Below, piece after piece: positions 10,458 to 21,454 of a stretch of DNA of 64,000 bases. Location: NCBI GenBank assembly GCA_963807605.1, contig CAWECG010000003.1, positions 512,001 to 576,000 on the forward strand. Reading direction: 5' to 3'. A model generated the notes under the pieces. The model ran no database searches and was not told the DNA's origin. It saw only the letters and a list, made by a program, of their open reading frames with translations. The first letter of the stretch is position 1, and every line of letters begins with the position of its first letter. The DNA comes from Candidatus Bathyarchaeota archaeon. GTDB taxonomy: Archaea > Thermoproteota > Bathyarchaeia > 40CM-2-53-6 > RBG-13-38-9. The translations under genes and the position numbers were made by a program.

Positions 10458-11123
10458 ATGCCCTCCAAAACAGATCCAAAACGTGGCGTGAAAAGTGGAA
10501 TCTCCCTAAGAAGAGGGGAGATTTACGAGATAATACTTTCCACATACAACAAAGATAAACGTCCAAATGCTGCTCCCATGGGCATAAAGTTCGTCGGAAA
10601 CAATACGATCAGTATACAATTTTACAAAGGATCGCAGACACTCGATAATGTTCTGACAAGACGTTGTGCTGTTGCCAACTTAACCCATAACCCCCTCCTA
10701 TTCTACATGACGGCCTTCAAGAGAAAGGATTCTCTCCCGTCCAAACTCTTCTCGAAGGCGAAATCAGTCGACGCCCCATCTTTGAAACGTGCAGACGGGA
10801 ATATCGAGATGAGACTCACCCGAAGCATCTCGCGAAGAGATAGGGTATTAGTGCAATTCAAAATCGTGCAAATTAGCCGAGGGCATGCGCCCTCGCTCCT
10901 CTACAGTAGAGGGGTTCCAGCTTTGATTGAGTCTACCATTCACGCTACCAGAATACGTCAATATCTGGCTGAAGGTAAGAAAGGGAAGGCTGCCAAGCTA
11001 ATCCAACTCGTAAATCATTATAAAGATGTGATCGAAAGAGTCTGCCCAGACTCGAATTATGTTAGAGCCATCAGGGAACTCCAGTCAGAGATCGATGAAT
11101 GGAAGAGCCGGAGCATACGTTAA
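10458..11123 (+). CDS. DUF447 family protein
   Basis: YEIILST...PNAAPMGI...GSQTLDN...IESTIHATR. Confidence 0.85.
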   Translation: MPSKTDPKRGVKSGISLRRGEIYEIILSTYNKDKRPNAAPMGIKFVGNNTISIQFYKGSQTLDNVLTRRCAVANLTHNPLLFYMTAFKRKDSLPSKLFSKAKSVDAPSLKRADGNIEMRLTRSISRRDRVLVQFKIVQISRGHAPSLLYSRGVPALIESTIHATRIRQYLAEGKKGKAAKLIQLVNHYKDVIERVCPDSNYVRAIRELQSEIDEWKSRSIR

Positions 11124-12087
11124 GACACCCTCTAGACTGCACTTCTGTCTTATCGACATGAACGGTGAACTTGGTCGAATAGACGGCAGTCTCGGAGTCG
11201 CAATAGACAAGCCGAACGTCGAACTGACCGCATGGCTGAGCGAAGAGATCAAAGTATCCGGAAAAGACGCAGGAAAAGTTGAATCGATGGCCAGACACTT
11301 CCTCTCGAAGACAAACTCAAAACAGAAGATATCAATCAGAGTTGAAAAGGAGATACCTGCCCATGTTGGGCTTGGATCAGAGACACAGCTCAGTCTAGCT
11401 GTCGCAGCCTCTATCAAGAAGCTCCTTAATCTGCAGCTTTCCAGTCAAGAGCTCGCGCAAATAATGGGAAGAGGAGGCACTTCAGGAATCGGTGTAGAGG
11501 CTTTCAACCGAGGAGGCTTGATTCTTGACGGAGGCCACAGCTTCGGAAAGAGGAAGGAGAAGCAATTCTTCCTGCCGTCAAATGCTTCGAAAGCTTCTCC
11601 AGCACCGGTTCTGGCCAGGTACGACTTCCCCGAAGACTGGGCATTTGTTATAGCCACCCCTGCAGTTGACAAAGGTGCACACGGCGAAAGAGAATGTGAG
11701 ATCTTCAAAGAGTATTGTCCAATTCCTAGAAACGAGGTGGACATGATCACCAGGATCATATTGATGAAACTGCTCCCTTCACTCCTTGAACATGACATAG
11801 AGACATTTGGGTCAGGCCTCACGCAACTTCAGAATCTAGGTTTTGCCAAGGCTACGAAGAATCTAATGCACCCAACAACATCAAAATGCATCAAAGCATT
11901 GTTGCAAGGAGGCGCGTATGGTGCAGGGCAGAGCTCCTTCGGACCTATTGCCTATGGACTTGTCAAACAGGATCAAAAGAAAGAGAGCCTCGCGCAGACT
12001 CTAGCAGAGTTGCTCGAGAAGACAGGGGGAGGAGAAGTATTCTTCGCCGGACCTAACAATCTTGGAGCCGAAATAACGTACTCTTAG
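11095..12087 (+). CDS. mptG: Beta-ribofuranosylaminobenzene 5'-phosphate synthase (GHMP family)
   Basis: TPSRLH, PAHVGLGS.TQ, GRGGTSGIG, DGGH, GQSSFGP. Confidence 0.9.
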   Translation: MNGRAGAYVKTPSRLHFCLIDMNGELGRIDGSLGVAIDKPNVELTAWLSEEIKVSGKDAGKVESMARHFLSKTNSKQKISIRVEKEIPAHVGLGSETQLSLAVAASIKKLLNLQLSSQELAQIMGRGGTSGIGVEAFNRGGLILDGGHSFGKRKEKQFFLPSNASKASPAPVLARYDFPEDWAFVIATPAVDKGAHGERECEIFKEYCPIPRNEVDMITRIILMKLLPSLLEHDIETFGSGLTQLQNLGFAKATKNLMHPTTSKCIKALLQGGAYGAGQSSFGPIAYGLVKQDQKKESLAQTLAELLEKTGGGEVFFAGPNNLGAEITYS

Positions 12088-12147
12088 AAAGACTTTTCGT
12101 GGTAAGCGTTTCAACTAGTTCGTAGCCGAACAGCGGAGATAGAAGTT

Positions 12148-13722
12148 TTGAGAACACTCATTGTCACGGGTCTACTTGCAAAGGACCTTGTAGTCAGGAG
12201 TCTGGCTGAAAACAGTTCCAGTTTTCAAATCTGTGCGCTTCCTGTCCCCGTCGCATCCTTGATGTCACCTGAATACATAACAAAGATGCTTGAAACGAGA
12301 GATCTCTCAAAGATTGATCTTATACTGATCCCAGGCCTGATTAAGGGAGACGCATCAAAGATCGAAGAGAGAACTCACATAAAGACCTGGAAGGGGCCTA
12401 GGAATGCAGCCGACCTGCCAAATGTCCTTGAAGTGATAGATAAGGTCAGATTCTCAACGACGTTGCCTGCAGACGAATTAGTGAGAGTGGCAAGTTCCAA
12501 GCGCGCAGAAAGGGCGCTCGCGGCAATCGAAAGGAAAGCAATACGCGCGGCATCCAGAAAGAGCCTAATTTCTGTTGGAGCTGGGAAACGAAGGATCTTT
12601 GTTGGTACATCCCTGCCCATGCGAGTCCTCGCTGAGATTGTGGATGCTTCAAGTCAGCCTACAGATGAGATTGAGAGAATAGCACTGCGCTTCGAGGCCT
12701 ATGGGGCTGATATCATAGATGTTGGGATGGTTGCCGGAGGTGGACACCCAGATGATTCGGCGAGAGCGGTGAAGGCTGTAAAGAAAAGAACCCAGAAAGC
12801 TGTGAGCATCGATGCAAGTGATCCAAAAGAGATCATGGCCGCGGTAAAGGCGGGAGCCGACCTCATACTCAGCATTAACGCTGAAAACATGGAGGAGGTA
12901 GGAAGATTCGGAGTCCACATTCCGGTCGTTGTGACCTCCGCGGGAAAGAACCACCGAGTCCCGGAGGATGTGGAGGATAGGCTCAAGCAGCTCAGCGTTA
13001 ACGTGAAACGAGCACGATCGTTGGGATTTAGGAAGATAATCGCCGACCCCGTTCTTAATCCGCTGTTGACGCCCAGCTTGTCAAAGTCTATCTTCACCTA
13101 TATGAAATACAGAAAGACGAATCCTAGTACGCCGATGCTTTTTGGCGCTGGAAATGTCACCGAATTGATTGATGCTGACTCAATTGGTGCGAACCTCCTC
13201 TTGGCAGGGCTTGCATCCGAGATCGGTGCGAACATTATTCTTACGACTGAGGCCAGCGCCAAGACTTGGGGTTCTACGATGGAGGCTGTTATAGCAGCGA
13301 GAATGATCGCCTTGGCGAAGGCCAGAAGGACAGCGCCGGAAGATCTTGGAATCGATCTTCTCAGAATGAAAGAGAAACGCTGGAGAGAGGAATCCTTCAG
13401 GATCTATAATGACGCTCGTCGATTATCAGCGAAGAACCGACCCGAGTTTATTCACGACCCTAAGGGATCCTTCAGGGTATCTGTAGATCGTCTAAAGAAG
13501 CAACTAGTCCTCATACACCACAGCTATGGTCAGATCAAGCCTGATCTAGTCATAGAGGGAAGCAGCCCAGAGAGACTAATTGAGGCCGCTATAAGCAATG
13601 GAATAATCTCCCATTTGGAGCATGCATTCTATCTTGGGAGAGAGCTTGAGAAAGCCAAGATCGCGCTGGAAACTGGAAAAAGTTACGTCCAAGATATGCC
13701 GCTTCTCTTTGGAGAAGAGTGA
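12148..13722 (+). CDS. Dihydropteroate synthase-like protein with C-terminal DUF4346-like domain
   Basis: RVLAEIVDA, GADIIDVG, GAGNVTELIDADSIG, DPKGSF, HAFYLGREL.KA. Confidence 0.88.
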   Translation: MRTLIVTGLLAKDLVVRSLAENSSSFQICALPVPVASLMSPEYITKMLETRDLSKIDLILIPGLIKGDASKIEERTHIKTWKGPRNAADLPNVLEVIDKVRFSTTLPADELVRVASSKRAERALAAIERKAIRAASRKSLISVGAGKRRIFVGTSLPMRVLAEIVDASSQPTDEIERIALRFEAYGADIIDVGMVAGGGHPDDSARAVKAVKKRTQKAVSIDASDPKEIMAAVKAGADLILSINAENMEEVGRFGVHIPVVVTSAGKNHRVPEDVEDRLKQLSVNVKRARSLGFRKIIADPVLNPLLTPSLSKSIFTYMKYRKTNPSTPMLFGAGNVTELIDADSIGANLLLAGLASEIGANIILTTEASAKTWGSTMEAVIAARMIALAKARRTAPEDLGIDLLRMKEKRWREESFRIYNDARRLSAKNRPEFIHDPKGSFRVSVDRLKKQLVLIHHSYGQIKPDLVIEGSSPERLIEAAISNGIISHLEHAFYLGRELEKAKIALETGKSYVQDMPLLFGEE

Positions 13723-13796
13723 ACGATAATGCATCCGAGTAGCTTAAGTTGTTGAGGAATGCTATCAAGGGAAACACCATGCGAGCTAGACTGAGA

Positions 13797-14549
13797 ATGA
13801 GCTCAATACGTCATCCTAGGACAAAGAGCGTAGTGCTTATTGCGACGCTGGCGGCTGTCTATGCGATCCTCAGGATCATTCCGACTTTCCCTTTCGTGGG
13901 GATCCCCGGTGCCCGGTTCTCAGCCGCAGATTTTATCGCCACGCTCTATGGGGTCATATTGGGACCCTACTCAAGTGCAGTCTCCATCATACTTGGAACC
14001 TTCGTAGGGTACTTTGCTGGTCGTCCGCCGATATTCTACGGGCTAGACTTCCTCCCTGCCATGGTCAACGGTTTCATCGTTGGACTCATCATTCGCGGCA
14101 AGAGAGGGTACGCGTTGCTGGTATATCTTGTTCTTCTAATCTTATTCGTAGCACATCCTTATGGTCCAATGCTTTACCAGGTTAACGGGAACTCCCGATA
14201 TAGTCTGGGTCTGGGTCTTTCTTTTGTGTGGTTGCATATCTTCGGCCTCATCATTTTGGCATCCCCTGTAGGCTCGCGTTTGGGAGGGTTCATCGCAAAG
14301 GGCTCGGTGACTCTTGCCACGGTTGGTTTCATGTTGATGTCTTTCATAGGGACTTTGGCGCAACATTTGACTGGAAACCTATTGTATGCCTCTATGATTC
14401 TCCCCCTTCTTTCAACACAGGCGCAGGTGACAAGCTGGAGCATAGTATTCTGGCTTTATCCGATAGAGCGTGTCATGATTGTGGTTCTATCCACAGTAAT
14501 TGGTGTGCCGATTCTTCGGACATTAGTCTCCACAGTCCGGACCATTTAG
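13797..14549 (+). CDS. ECF transporter S component-like membrane protein
   Basis: Six or more TM segments, YGVILGP, YPIER C-terminal motif. Confidence 0.7.
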   Translation: MSSIRHPRTKSVVLIATLAAVYAILRIIPTFPFVGIPGARFSAADFIATLYGVILGPYSSAVSIILGTFVGYFAGRPPIFYGLDFLPAMVNGFIVGLIIRGKRGYALLVYLVLLILFVAHPYGPMLYQVNGNSRYSLGLGLSFVWLHIFGLIILASPVGSRLGGFIAKGSVTLATVGFMLMSFIGTLAQHLTGNLLYASMILPLLSTQAQVTSWSIVFWLYPIERVMIVVLSTVIGVPILRTLVSTVRTI

Positions 14550-14666
14550 AAGAAAGGATGAGATGAAGTTAACTAAGGGAACAATGCAGATCACTAAAGT
14601 TATGATTTGATGCTGAATCAGCCATTAACTTGAGCACCAAAACAGTGTACACTGGCGACTAGCACT

Positions 14667-15290
14667 TTGATTCTAGAGACTTTGGGTCTGCTCTCGCTAG
14701 GCTTCCTAGTGGGGCTCAGCGGCGCAGCTATCCCAGGGCCGCTGCTGGCCTTCACAGTATACGACTCCACTCAGAAGGGTAAGATCACAGGTCACTTGGT
14801 GATCTTCGGTCACGTTGCATGGGAGTTCGTCGTCATTCTGATAATTCTGTTTGGGTTCGGCTGGATCATTCTTCGAGGCCAGGTTCTGGTATACGGTTTG
14901 GGGGGGCCTGTTCTGATCCTGATGGGCTTGGGAATGCTTAGAAGTAGGCTGAGCAAGGTAGAGTGGACAAGGTCAAGAACCGACTCCTCAATCTTGGGAG
15001 GCATCTTCTATACAGCGTTCAACCCGACGCAGCCCCTCTGGTGGGCGACCGCTGGATTAGCGCTACTTCTAAAGGGCCTTGAGATTATGGGCCTTCTAGG
15101 AGTAGTTTTTGTTACGATTGGTCATTGGCTCTCAGATCTTGTCTATTACACATTCATCTCAGCCATGGTACATAGACAAAGAGACTCCATACTCCCACAT
15201 CAGCAGGGCATCTCGAGACTCCTAGGCGTGTTCCTGATTGCTCTCGGAATCTACTTCCTCACAGACGCCTTGGCAAGAGTGTTAACGTAG
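14667..15290 (+). CDS. LysE family translocator
   Basis: GLSGAAIPGP, NP...WW motif, TM pattern. Confidence 0.85.
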   Translation: MILETLGLLSLGFLVGLSGAAIPGPLLAFTVYDSTQKGKITGHLVIFGHVAWEFVVILIILFGFGWIILRGQVLVYGLGGPVLILMGLGMLRSRLSKVEWTRSRTDSSILGGIFYTAFNPTQPLWWATAGLALLLKGLEIMGLLGVVFVTIGHWLSDLVYYTFISAMVHRQRDSILPHQQGISRLLGVFLIALGIYFLTDALARVLT

Positions 15291-15435
15291 GATCATGATC
15301 TGTGTCACTGGCGATTGCGGAGACTCTCCAGACTCTGGTTTCGTTTGTTTCAAGCATGAGAGAAACTCTACAGAATGAACTGCTTCTTATGGTCTGAGGC
15401 GGTTCTTGAAAAAAGAAGGGGAAATGGAAGAAAGA

Positions 15436-16641
15436 CTAGGATTTCTCCATATCCTTCTTCATTCTCAGGTAGTCTTCTCTTGTTATCTCGCCTTTGGTGT
15501 ATCTGAGGTTTAGACTGTCCATTGTGGCGCTCTTCTCTTCTTTCTTAGGTTGCAAAGCGATCTTTCTGGCTGCCACAGCGGCTACGAAGATCAGCAGTAT
15601 GATGATTATCAAGATGGCGGCTAGGATGAGGTAGGCTGTGGTGTAGTCCGGCTTCCACATCGCTGTGACGGTCATAGGGTTGTCCATGGTAACTTTTGCT
15701 GTTGGACTGTTAGGGGATCCGGTTACTCCACTCCAGCTGTTAAAGACATATTTTGCACCGAGGGAGCCCCAGAATCCTGTCATAGGCACTTCTGGAAGTA
15801 CGGAGACTGTGGCCTGGTCGCCTTGGTTGTACCATCCTGAGCCCTGGGGGCTACCTAGGTCAGATTTCACGTCCAGATAGTATTGAGTTTGGTAGTTTGC
15901 TGTGGCTGTGTGAGGAATACTCATTGTTAAGGTGATTGAGCTTGAGCTCATCTCTGTACCGTCGACGTTCCAGGACTTGAAGACGTCCCTCTCCACGTCT
16001 GACTTGTCAACCCTGTCTGGGGTGCTTAATGTTACAACTGAATCATTAGGCTTCCAGCCTGACTGGCCAATGGACTGACCTTGAGGATTGTTCACGGTCA
16101 GCATGTACTCTGAAAGGTAGGAGAATGTGTGAGAAGCCTGCATTTGATTCATGTAAGATGATGAGGGGTAATAGTACGGATAGTAGTAGTAGTTGTACGG
16201 ATAGTAGTAGAGACTGGGATAGTAGTAGGAGTAATAAGACGAGGGATAGGTGCTTGTGTATTTCTGCAGTGTCCATGAGGCATTGCTGCAGGAATACCTT
16301 ACTCCGCTCGCTCCCGAAACGTAATTGTCAACTTGGAAGGTATGGGAGTCGGTGCTGTTTACCTGGAATTGTTTTGACGCACCTCCCGCTACTGCCCCTT
16401 GGGCCTTTCCGTCGATCATGACATTTGTAGAGTAGTTGGACGGCATTCCAGATACTGATATTGTGGCGGTGTATTTGCCATAGCTCCCGTATGATGAATA
16501 GGGGATATAGTACGGAATGTAGTAGTCGTTGTACATCTGGGCTTTTGTCTCTTTGATTGAGCTGAATTGTAGGATGTTCGATAAGGGGATAGCACATAGA
16601 CTGAGAATGATTAAGGCTGTTAAGAATCTCAACGAATTCAC
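15436..16641 (-). CDS. Secreted/membrane-anchored protein with Tyr-rich tracts, beta-repeat domains and C-terminal SHOCT domain
   Basis: Signal peptide, YYxYY tracts, GSGWY/FNSWSG repeats, TM helix, LNLRYTKGEITREDY. Confidence 0.8.
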   Translation of the reverse strand: MNSLRFLTALIILSLCAIPLSNILQFSSIKETKAQMYNDYYIPYYIPYSSYGSYGKYTATISVSGMPSNYSTNVMIDGKAQGAVAGGASKQFQVNSTDSHTFQVDNYVSGASGVRYSCSNASWTLQKYTSTYPSSYYSYYYPSLYYYPYNYYYYPYYYPSSSYMNQMQASHTFSYLSEYMLTVNNPQGQSIGQSGWKPNDSVVTLSTPDRVDKSDVERDVFKSWNVDGTEMSSSSITLTMSIPHTATANYQTQYYLDVKSDLGSPQGSGWYNQGDQATVSVLPEVPMTGFWGSLGAKYVFNSWSGVTGSPNSPTAKVTMDNPMTVTAMWKPDYTTAYLILAAILIIIILLIFVAAVAARKIALQPKKEEKSATMDSLNLRYTKGEITREDYLRMKKDMEKS

Positions 16642-16774
16642 TAAGGATAAAAATCCGTTTGGAATAATTTAAACATGATCGCAATTGGAAGGCGTCTTTC
16701 TAGAATATTTGAGTTTCTTCTAGAAAGCTTGTGCGTGCCAAGTGAGAATAGTTAGTTAAGTTCGAATTTTGAAT

Positions 16775-16833
16775 TCAAGAAAGAAAAAAATGGAAAAAAG
16801 GGTTGGGTGCTGCATCAAACCAGTTGATGCAGC
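16775..16833 (-). terminator. Hairpin plus U-rich tract after the thermosome operon
   Basis: GCTGCATCAA-ACCAG-TTGATGCAGC (16809-16833) followed on the minus strand by T runs. Confidence 0.6.
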
Positions 16834-16846
16834 CAGGTTCTTGGTT

Positions 16847-18505
16847 CTAGTCGAATTCTGAGGAGCCTTCTTCTCCACCCGGCATCTTCGGAGGCCCTGC
16901 TGGCTCTTTCGGTTTGCCTGCAGCTATTACGTCATCTATCCTCAGTATCATCGTCGCTGCTTCACTCGCGGACATGACGACTTGCCTCTTGACTGCGAGG
17001 GGTTCGTAGACGTTGATCTTTGTCATATCCTTGGCCTTGCCATCATAGACATCGACGCCTGCCCATTTCTCTCCCTTCTCATGTCTTGATCTTAGGTCGA
17101 CGAGGATGTCTATCGGGTCGAGTCCAGCGTTCTCAGCCAGTGTCATCGGTATCGTTTCTAATGCTTCTGCGTAGCATATGGCTGCGAGCTGCTCTTTTCC
17201 TGTGAGCTTCTCCGCCCACCTCTTGAGTTGGGCTGCAGCCTCTAGTTCAGGTGCGCCTCCTCCGGCGACTATCCGCGGGTCGCGAACTACATCTCTGACT
17301 ACGCAGAGGGCGTCGTGGATCGAGCGTTCAGCCTCGTTTACGATTCGTTCTGTTCCTCCTCTTACGAGAATCGATACGGCTTTGGGGTTCTTGCATCCTT
17401 CTATGAAGGTCATCTTGTCGTCCGCAATCTTTCTCTCCTCGAAGAGTTCTGCGGTGCCGAGGTTCTCAGGTTTGAGATCATCCATGTTTATGACCATCTT
17501 TGCTCCTGTTGCCTTCGCCAGCTTCTCCATGTCCTTCTCGCTGACTCTTCTTACCGCGGCTATCCCTTCTCTGGCGAGGAAGTGCTGGGCGACGTCGTCT
17601 ATTCCTTTCTGGCAGAGGAGTACGTTTGCTCCTGAGGCCTTTACCTTCTGAACCATGTCTTTGAGCATCTTCTCCTCTTCGTCCAGAAAGGCCTTCATCT
17701 GTTCTGGTCTCTGGATGTTGATCTTTGCGTCGAATTCAGTCTTCTCAACCTCTATCGCCGCGTTGAGTAATGCTATCTTGGGGTTCTTTACGCTCTTGGG
17801 CATTCCGAGGTGAATGACTTCCTTGTCGATGACTACTCCTTTGATGAGTTGAGTGTCTGTGACTGAGCCTCCAGCCTTCTTCTCGACCTTTATGTCCTCG
17901 ATGTCCACCTTCCAGCCTTGAGGGCTCTGCTCAGCGACTTGGAGGACAGCGTCTACTGCAATGTCTGCTACGAAGTCAGCGTTCTCTGAGAGGAGTTTGC
18001 TGGCTTGGGAGGTTACTGCTACATCTTTGAGGGCTTTTCGATCGTTTGGGTCGACTTTGATCGCCATCTGATCGAGGATCTGTAGGGCTTTCTCGGTTGC
18101 CTGCCTGTAACCGTCAACGATGATTGTTGGGTGAACGTCTCTGTCTATTAACTCCTCGGCCTTTGAGAGCAGCTCGGATGATAAAACGACGGCTGTTGTC
18201 GTGCCGTCCCCAACTTCCTGGTCTTGAGCCTTTGCGACTTCGACCATCATCTTTGCTGCTGGGTTCTGGACGTCCATCTCTTTGAGTATTGTCGCTCCGT
18301 CATTTGTTATTGTAACATCTCCGAAGCTTGCTATGAGCATCTTGTCCATTCCTTTGGGTCCGAGTGAGGAGCGGACGCATTCTGCAACTACTTTTGCGGC
18401 AGCGATGTTGGATCTCACCGCTTCCCTGCCGGTGCTTCTGCTTGAGCCTTCTCTAAGAATCAGAACTGGTTGACCGCCAATCTTTGCTTGTATAGCTTCA
18501 GCCAT
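16847..18505 (-). CDS. Thermosome (group II chaperonin) subunit
   Basis: [28 protein letters not shown]. Confidence 0.97.
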   Translation of the reverse strand: MAEAIQAKIGGQPVLILREGSSRSTGREAVRSNIAAAKVVAECVRSSLGPKGMDKMLIASFGDVTITNDGATILKEMDVQNPAAKMMVEVAKAQDQEVGDGTTTAVVLSSELLSKAEELIDRDVHPTIIVDGYRQATEKALQILDQMAIKVDPNDRKALKDVAVTSQASKLLSENADFVADIAVDAVLQVAEQSPQGWKVDIEDIKVEKKAGGSVTDTQLIKGVVIDKEVIHLGMPKSVKNPKIALLNAAIEVEKTEFDAKINIQRPEQMKAFLDEEEKMLKDMVQKVKASGANVLLCQKGIDDVAQHFLAREGIAAVRRVSEKDMEKLAKATGAKMVINMDDLKPENLGTAELFEERKIADDKMTFIEGCKNPKAVSILVRGGTERIVNEAERSIHDALCVVRDVVRDPRIVAGGGAPELEAAAQLKRWAEKLTGKEQLAAICYAEALETIPMTLAENAGLDPIDILVDLRSRHEKGEKWAGVDVYDGKAKDMTKINVYEPLAVKRQVVMSASEAATMILRIDDVIAAGKPKEPAGPPKMPGGEEGSSEFD

Positions 18506-18518
18506 TTTTCATTACCTC

Positions 18519-20156
18519 CTAATATTCCGGCATTCCGCCTCCGGGTCCACCCCTTGGGGGTGGCATTGGGGGCGGTCTTGCCGCTGCTATTACATCATCT
18601 ACTCTCAAGATCATCGAGGCTGCCTCAACTGCTGATTTCACAGCCTGTTCCTTAACCATGACGGGTTCTATCACGCCTTCGCCGATCATGTCTTTCGTCT
18701 TTCCAGTGTAGACATCAACTCCAAATGTGTATCCCTTCGGTTCGTCGTGTGCTGCCTTGAGGGCTACCATTATGTCTATCGGGTCTAGCCCTGCGTTCTC
18801 AGCCAAGTATTTTGGTATGCACTCGATGGCGTCTGAGAATTTTACGATTGCGAGTTGTTCTCTTCCGCCAATCTTAACTGCGTATTCTCTCAGTCTCTTT
18901 GCCACCTCGATTTCGGTGGCTCCGCCTCCAGCAACTATCTTGTTCTTATTGACTACGTCGGCTATGACGTATAGCGCGTCGTTCATCGCCCGTTCAGCCT
19001 CGTCGACAGACCTCTCGAGACCTGCTCTGATGAGTATGCTGACGGAGCGTGGATTCTTACAGTCCTCTATGAAGACCATTTTGTCTTCGCCCAGTCTTCT
19101 CTCCTCGGCGAGGCCTGCGTTTCCAAGATCCTTCTCTGTGAGGCCCCCGATGTTGTTTACAGTTCTTCCTCCTGTTGCTCTTGCAAGCTTCTCCATGTCT
19201 GACTCCTTTATTCTTCTGACTGCCATGATCCCTTCTTTAGCGAGGAAGTGCTGGGCGACGTCGTCTATTCCTTTCTGGCAGAGGAGTACGTTTGCTCCTG
19301 AGGCCTTTACCTTCTGAACCATGTCTTTCAGCATAGTCGTCTCTTCGTCGAGGAATGCCTTCATCTGGTCGGGGTCACTTATTCTGATCTCGGCGCTGAA
19401 TTCAGTCTTCTCAACCTCTATCGCGGCGTTGAGTAATGCTATCTTGGGGTTCTTTACGCTCTTGGGCATTCCAGGATGGACAACTTCCTTGTCAATGATT
19501 ATGCCCCTGATGAGTTGGGTATCAAGGATGCTCTTTCCGATCTTCTTCACCAGCTGGATATTGTCGATGTCAGCCATCAGTTTGTCTCCTCGCTGTTCGA
19601 TTATTTGCTTCACGGCGTCTACGGCTATCTCGGCTAGGTGATTTCTTGCGCCTCCCACATTTTTGCTGTGTAGGGCGGTCATAGCCACCTTCCTAAGGGT
19701 TGCTTTATCGTTCAAGTCTACAGGCTGACCAATTTGGTCAAGTATCTTCATAGTTTCGTCTGCGGCCTTCTTGTAGCCTGAGACTATGGTTGTGACATGG
19801 ATGTTGTCGTCGATCAGTTCCTCTGCCCCTCTAAGGAGTTCTCCTGCGAAGACTACGGCTGTTGTTGTACCGTCGCCAACCTCGTCGTCTTGGGTTTTTG
19901 CAACCTCGACCATCATCTTTGCTGCTGGGTTCTGGACATCGATCTCATCCAGGATGGTTGCTCCGTCATTGGTCACTGTTACGTCGCCTAGGCTGTCGAC
20001 TAGCATTTTGTCCATCCCTCTTGGGCCTAGGGTGGACTTTACGACTTCGCCGATTATCTTTGCAGCTGTTATATTCGATCTCTGGGCTTCTCTGCCTCGA
20101 CTTCTTGAGGCTCCCTCCTTCAGTATTAGAACTGGTTGACCTGTCAAATACGCCAA
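18519..20156 (-). CDS. Thermosome (group II chaperonin) subunit
   Basis: [15 protein letters not shown]-terminal PPP/GGM tail. Confidence 0.97.
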   Translation of the reverse strand: MAYLTGQPVLILKEGASRSRGREAQRSNITAAKIIGEVVKSTLGPRGMDKMLVDSLGDVTVTNDGATILDEIDVQNPAAKMMVEVAKTQDDEVGDGTTTAVVFAGELLRGAEELIDDNIHVTTIVSGYKKAADETMKILDQIGQPVDLNDKATLRKVAMTALHSKNVGGARNHLAEIAVDAVKQIIEQRGDKLMADIDNIQLVKKIGKSILDTQLIRGIIIDKEVVHPGMPKSVKNPKIALLNAAIEVEKTEFSAEIRISDPDQMKAFLDEETTMLKDMVQKVKASGANVLLCQKGIDDVAQHFLAKEGIMAVRRIKESDMEKLARATGGRTVNNIGGLTEKDLGNAGLAEERRLGEDKMVFIEDCKNPRSVSILIRAGLERSVDEAERAMNDALYVIADVVNKNKIVAGGGATEIEVAKRLREYAVKIGGREQLAIVKFSDAIECIPKYLAENAGLDPIDIMVALKAAHDEPKGYTFGVDVYTGKTKDMIGEGVIEPVMVKEQAVKSAVEAASMILRVDDVIAAARPPPMPPPRGGPGGGMPEY

Positions 20157-20228
20157 TGCATTTCACCTTACTGAATAATCCACATTTAAGATTCTATTAT
20201 GCGAGTTTTCTATTCGATACGCCCGGTT

Positions 20229-20243
20229 GATATAAACTTTGTC
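20229..20243 (-). promoter_or_regulatory. BRE/TATA of the thermosome operon
   Basis: Minus strand GACAAAG-TTTATATC about 75 nt upstream of ATG. Confidence 0.55.
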
Positions 20244-20250
20244 GCGCGTA

Positions 20251-21329
20251 TGCTGTGTTGCGCGACTAGGTTTCAGTGATGTTTTTCGCTTTTGTTGGCT
20301 GTCTTCAGGTTTCGTCTAGCCGTGTGTTGCTGTGGTTGTTTCTATCAGCATGTTGTATAGTGAGGCTTTGATCATCATCTCCTGTGCCATGTTTTGCATC
20401 GTTTTGGCTGAGACGTATTCTCCGAAGGTTCGCTTCAGCGATGAGAAGGCTGATTCAGCCATCCATCTATACCCGTAGCCATGATTGTGTTTCCAGGCTT
20501 CAGGGTCTTTGAGGTATTCTTGGGCTACGAGCTTTCTGGGCATGCATCCTCCGGCCCTGCTGGATGTGTTCTTGCGCACCTTGATGGCTGGCTCAATCCC
20601 TTTTGCGTTGAGATAGCGGAAGTTGCTTTTCATATCGTATGCTCCGTCGCCAATTGCCTTGGCGACCTTACCTTTCTTGGAGGCTTCATCAACAAGCGGC
20701 TGGAGCATCCCTCCGTCACCTGTCTTCTCATCCGTCACCTTCAAGGCGAGTATCTTCTTCCGCTTTACATCAACGGCGATATGGATCTTGAGGTATCCGC
20801 GTCTCACCTTCCATTTATGGCGTATCCATTCGCCGCGGTTAGCCACCTTGATGCCTGATGCGTCCACCGCCAGGACTATGTCGTCGCCATAATCTTTCTC
20901 ATCCAGCTTCACATCTAACCTGTTCACGCGTCTATCTATGGTTGAATAGTCAGGCACATGGATCCTTGAGTCGAATCTTCTCAGGGCTTTGAGGAATCCT
21001 TCTGTCTGCCTGTAGGGTAGGTGGAATAGCAGGTGCATGTAGCCTAGAAGCCTGATGAAGATCTCAGGGTAGACGTATTGTCCACCTTCCTTCCCAGTAT
21101 TCATCTTTTCAAGCTCAATGTTCCACCTGTCAAGGATGCGTGGGTCAAGCAGGATCTCCCCACGCTTCACGAGACCCTCATTGATGCGTCTCCAATCTCT
21201 AGCAGCCAATCACAATCGTGGAATAGTTCTCTCACAGGCAATATAGATCATCCAACCACTTCCACGTCAATAAACCGAAAACTCAAACCTACATCCATAA
21301 ACAAAAATGTCTAGTCATGCAACACAGCA
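20251..21329 (-). mobile_element. IS5-family insertion sequence, apparently complete
   Basis: TIRs TGCTGTGTTGCGCGACTAG / CTAGTCATGCAACACAGCA; 8-bp TSD CGCGCGTA at 20243-20250 and 21330-21337. Confidence 0.93.
20316..21209 (-). CDS. IS5-family DDE transposase
   Basis: PDYSTI, AVDASG, KIHIAVD, GDGAYD, YGYRWMAESAFSSLK. Confidence 0.95.
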   Translation of the reverse strand: MAARDWRRINEGLVKRGEILLDPRILDRWNIELEKMNTGKEGGQYVYPEIFIRLLGYMHLLFHLPYRQTEGFLKALRRFDSRIHVPDYSTIDRRVNRLDVKLDEKDYGDDIVLAVDASGIKVANRGEWIRHKWKVRRGYLKIHIAVDVKRKKILALKVTDEKTGDGGMLQPLVDEASKKGKVAKAIGDGAYDMKSNFRYLNAKGIEPAIKVRKNTSSRAGGCMPRKLVAQEYLKDPEAWKHNHGYGYRWMAESAFSSLKRTFGEYVSAKTMQNMAQEMMIKASLYNMLIETTTATHG

Positions 21330-21454
21330 CGCGCGTAGGTACTGTCAAGTCTTCGTCTGATCGCTAGGGTTGTAAAAATTCGTCGGATAACTATCACGAC
21401 ATAAATGGCTTCTGAGGAATGATTACATATCTTGGTGCACATTCATTTGGATGT

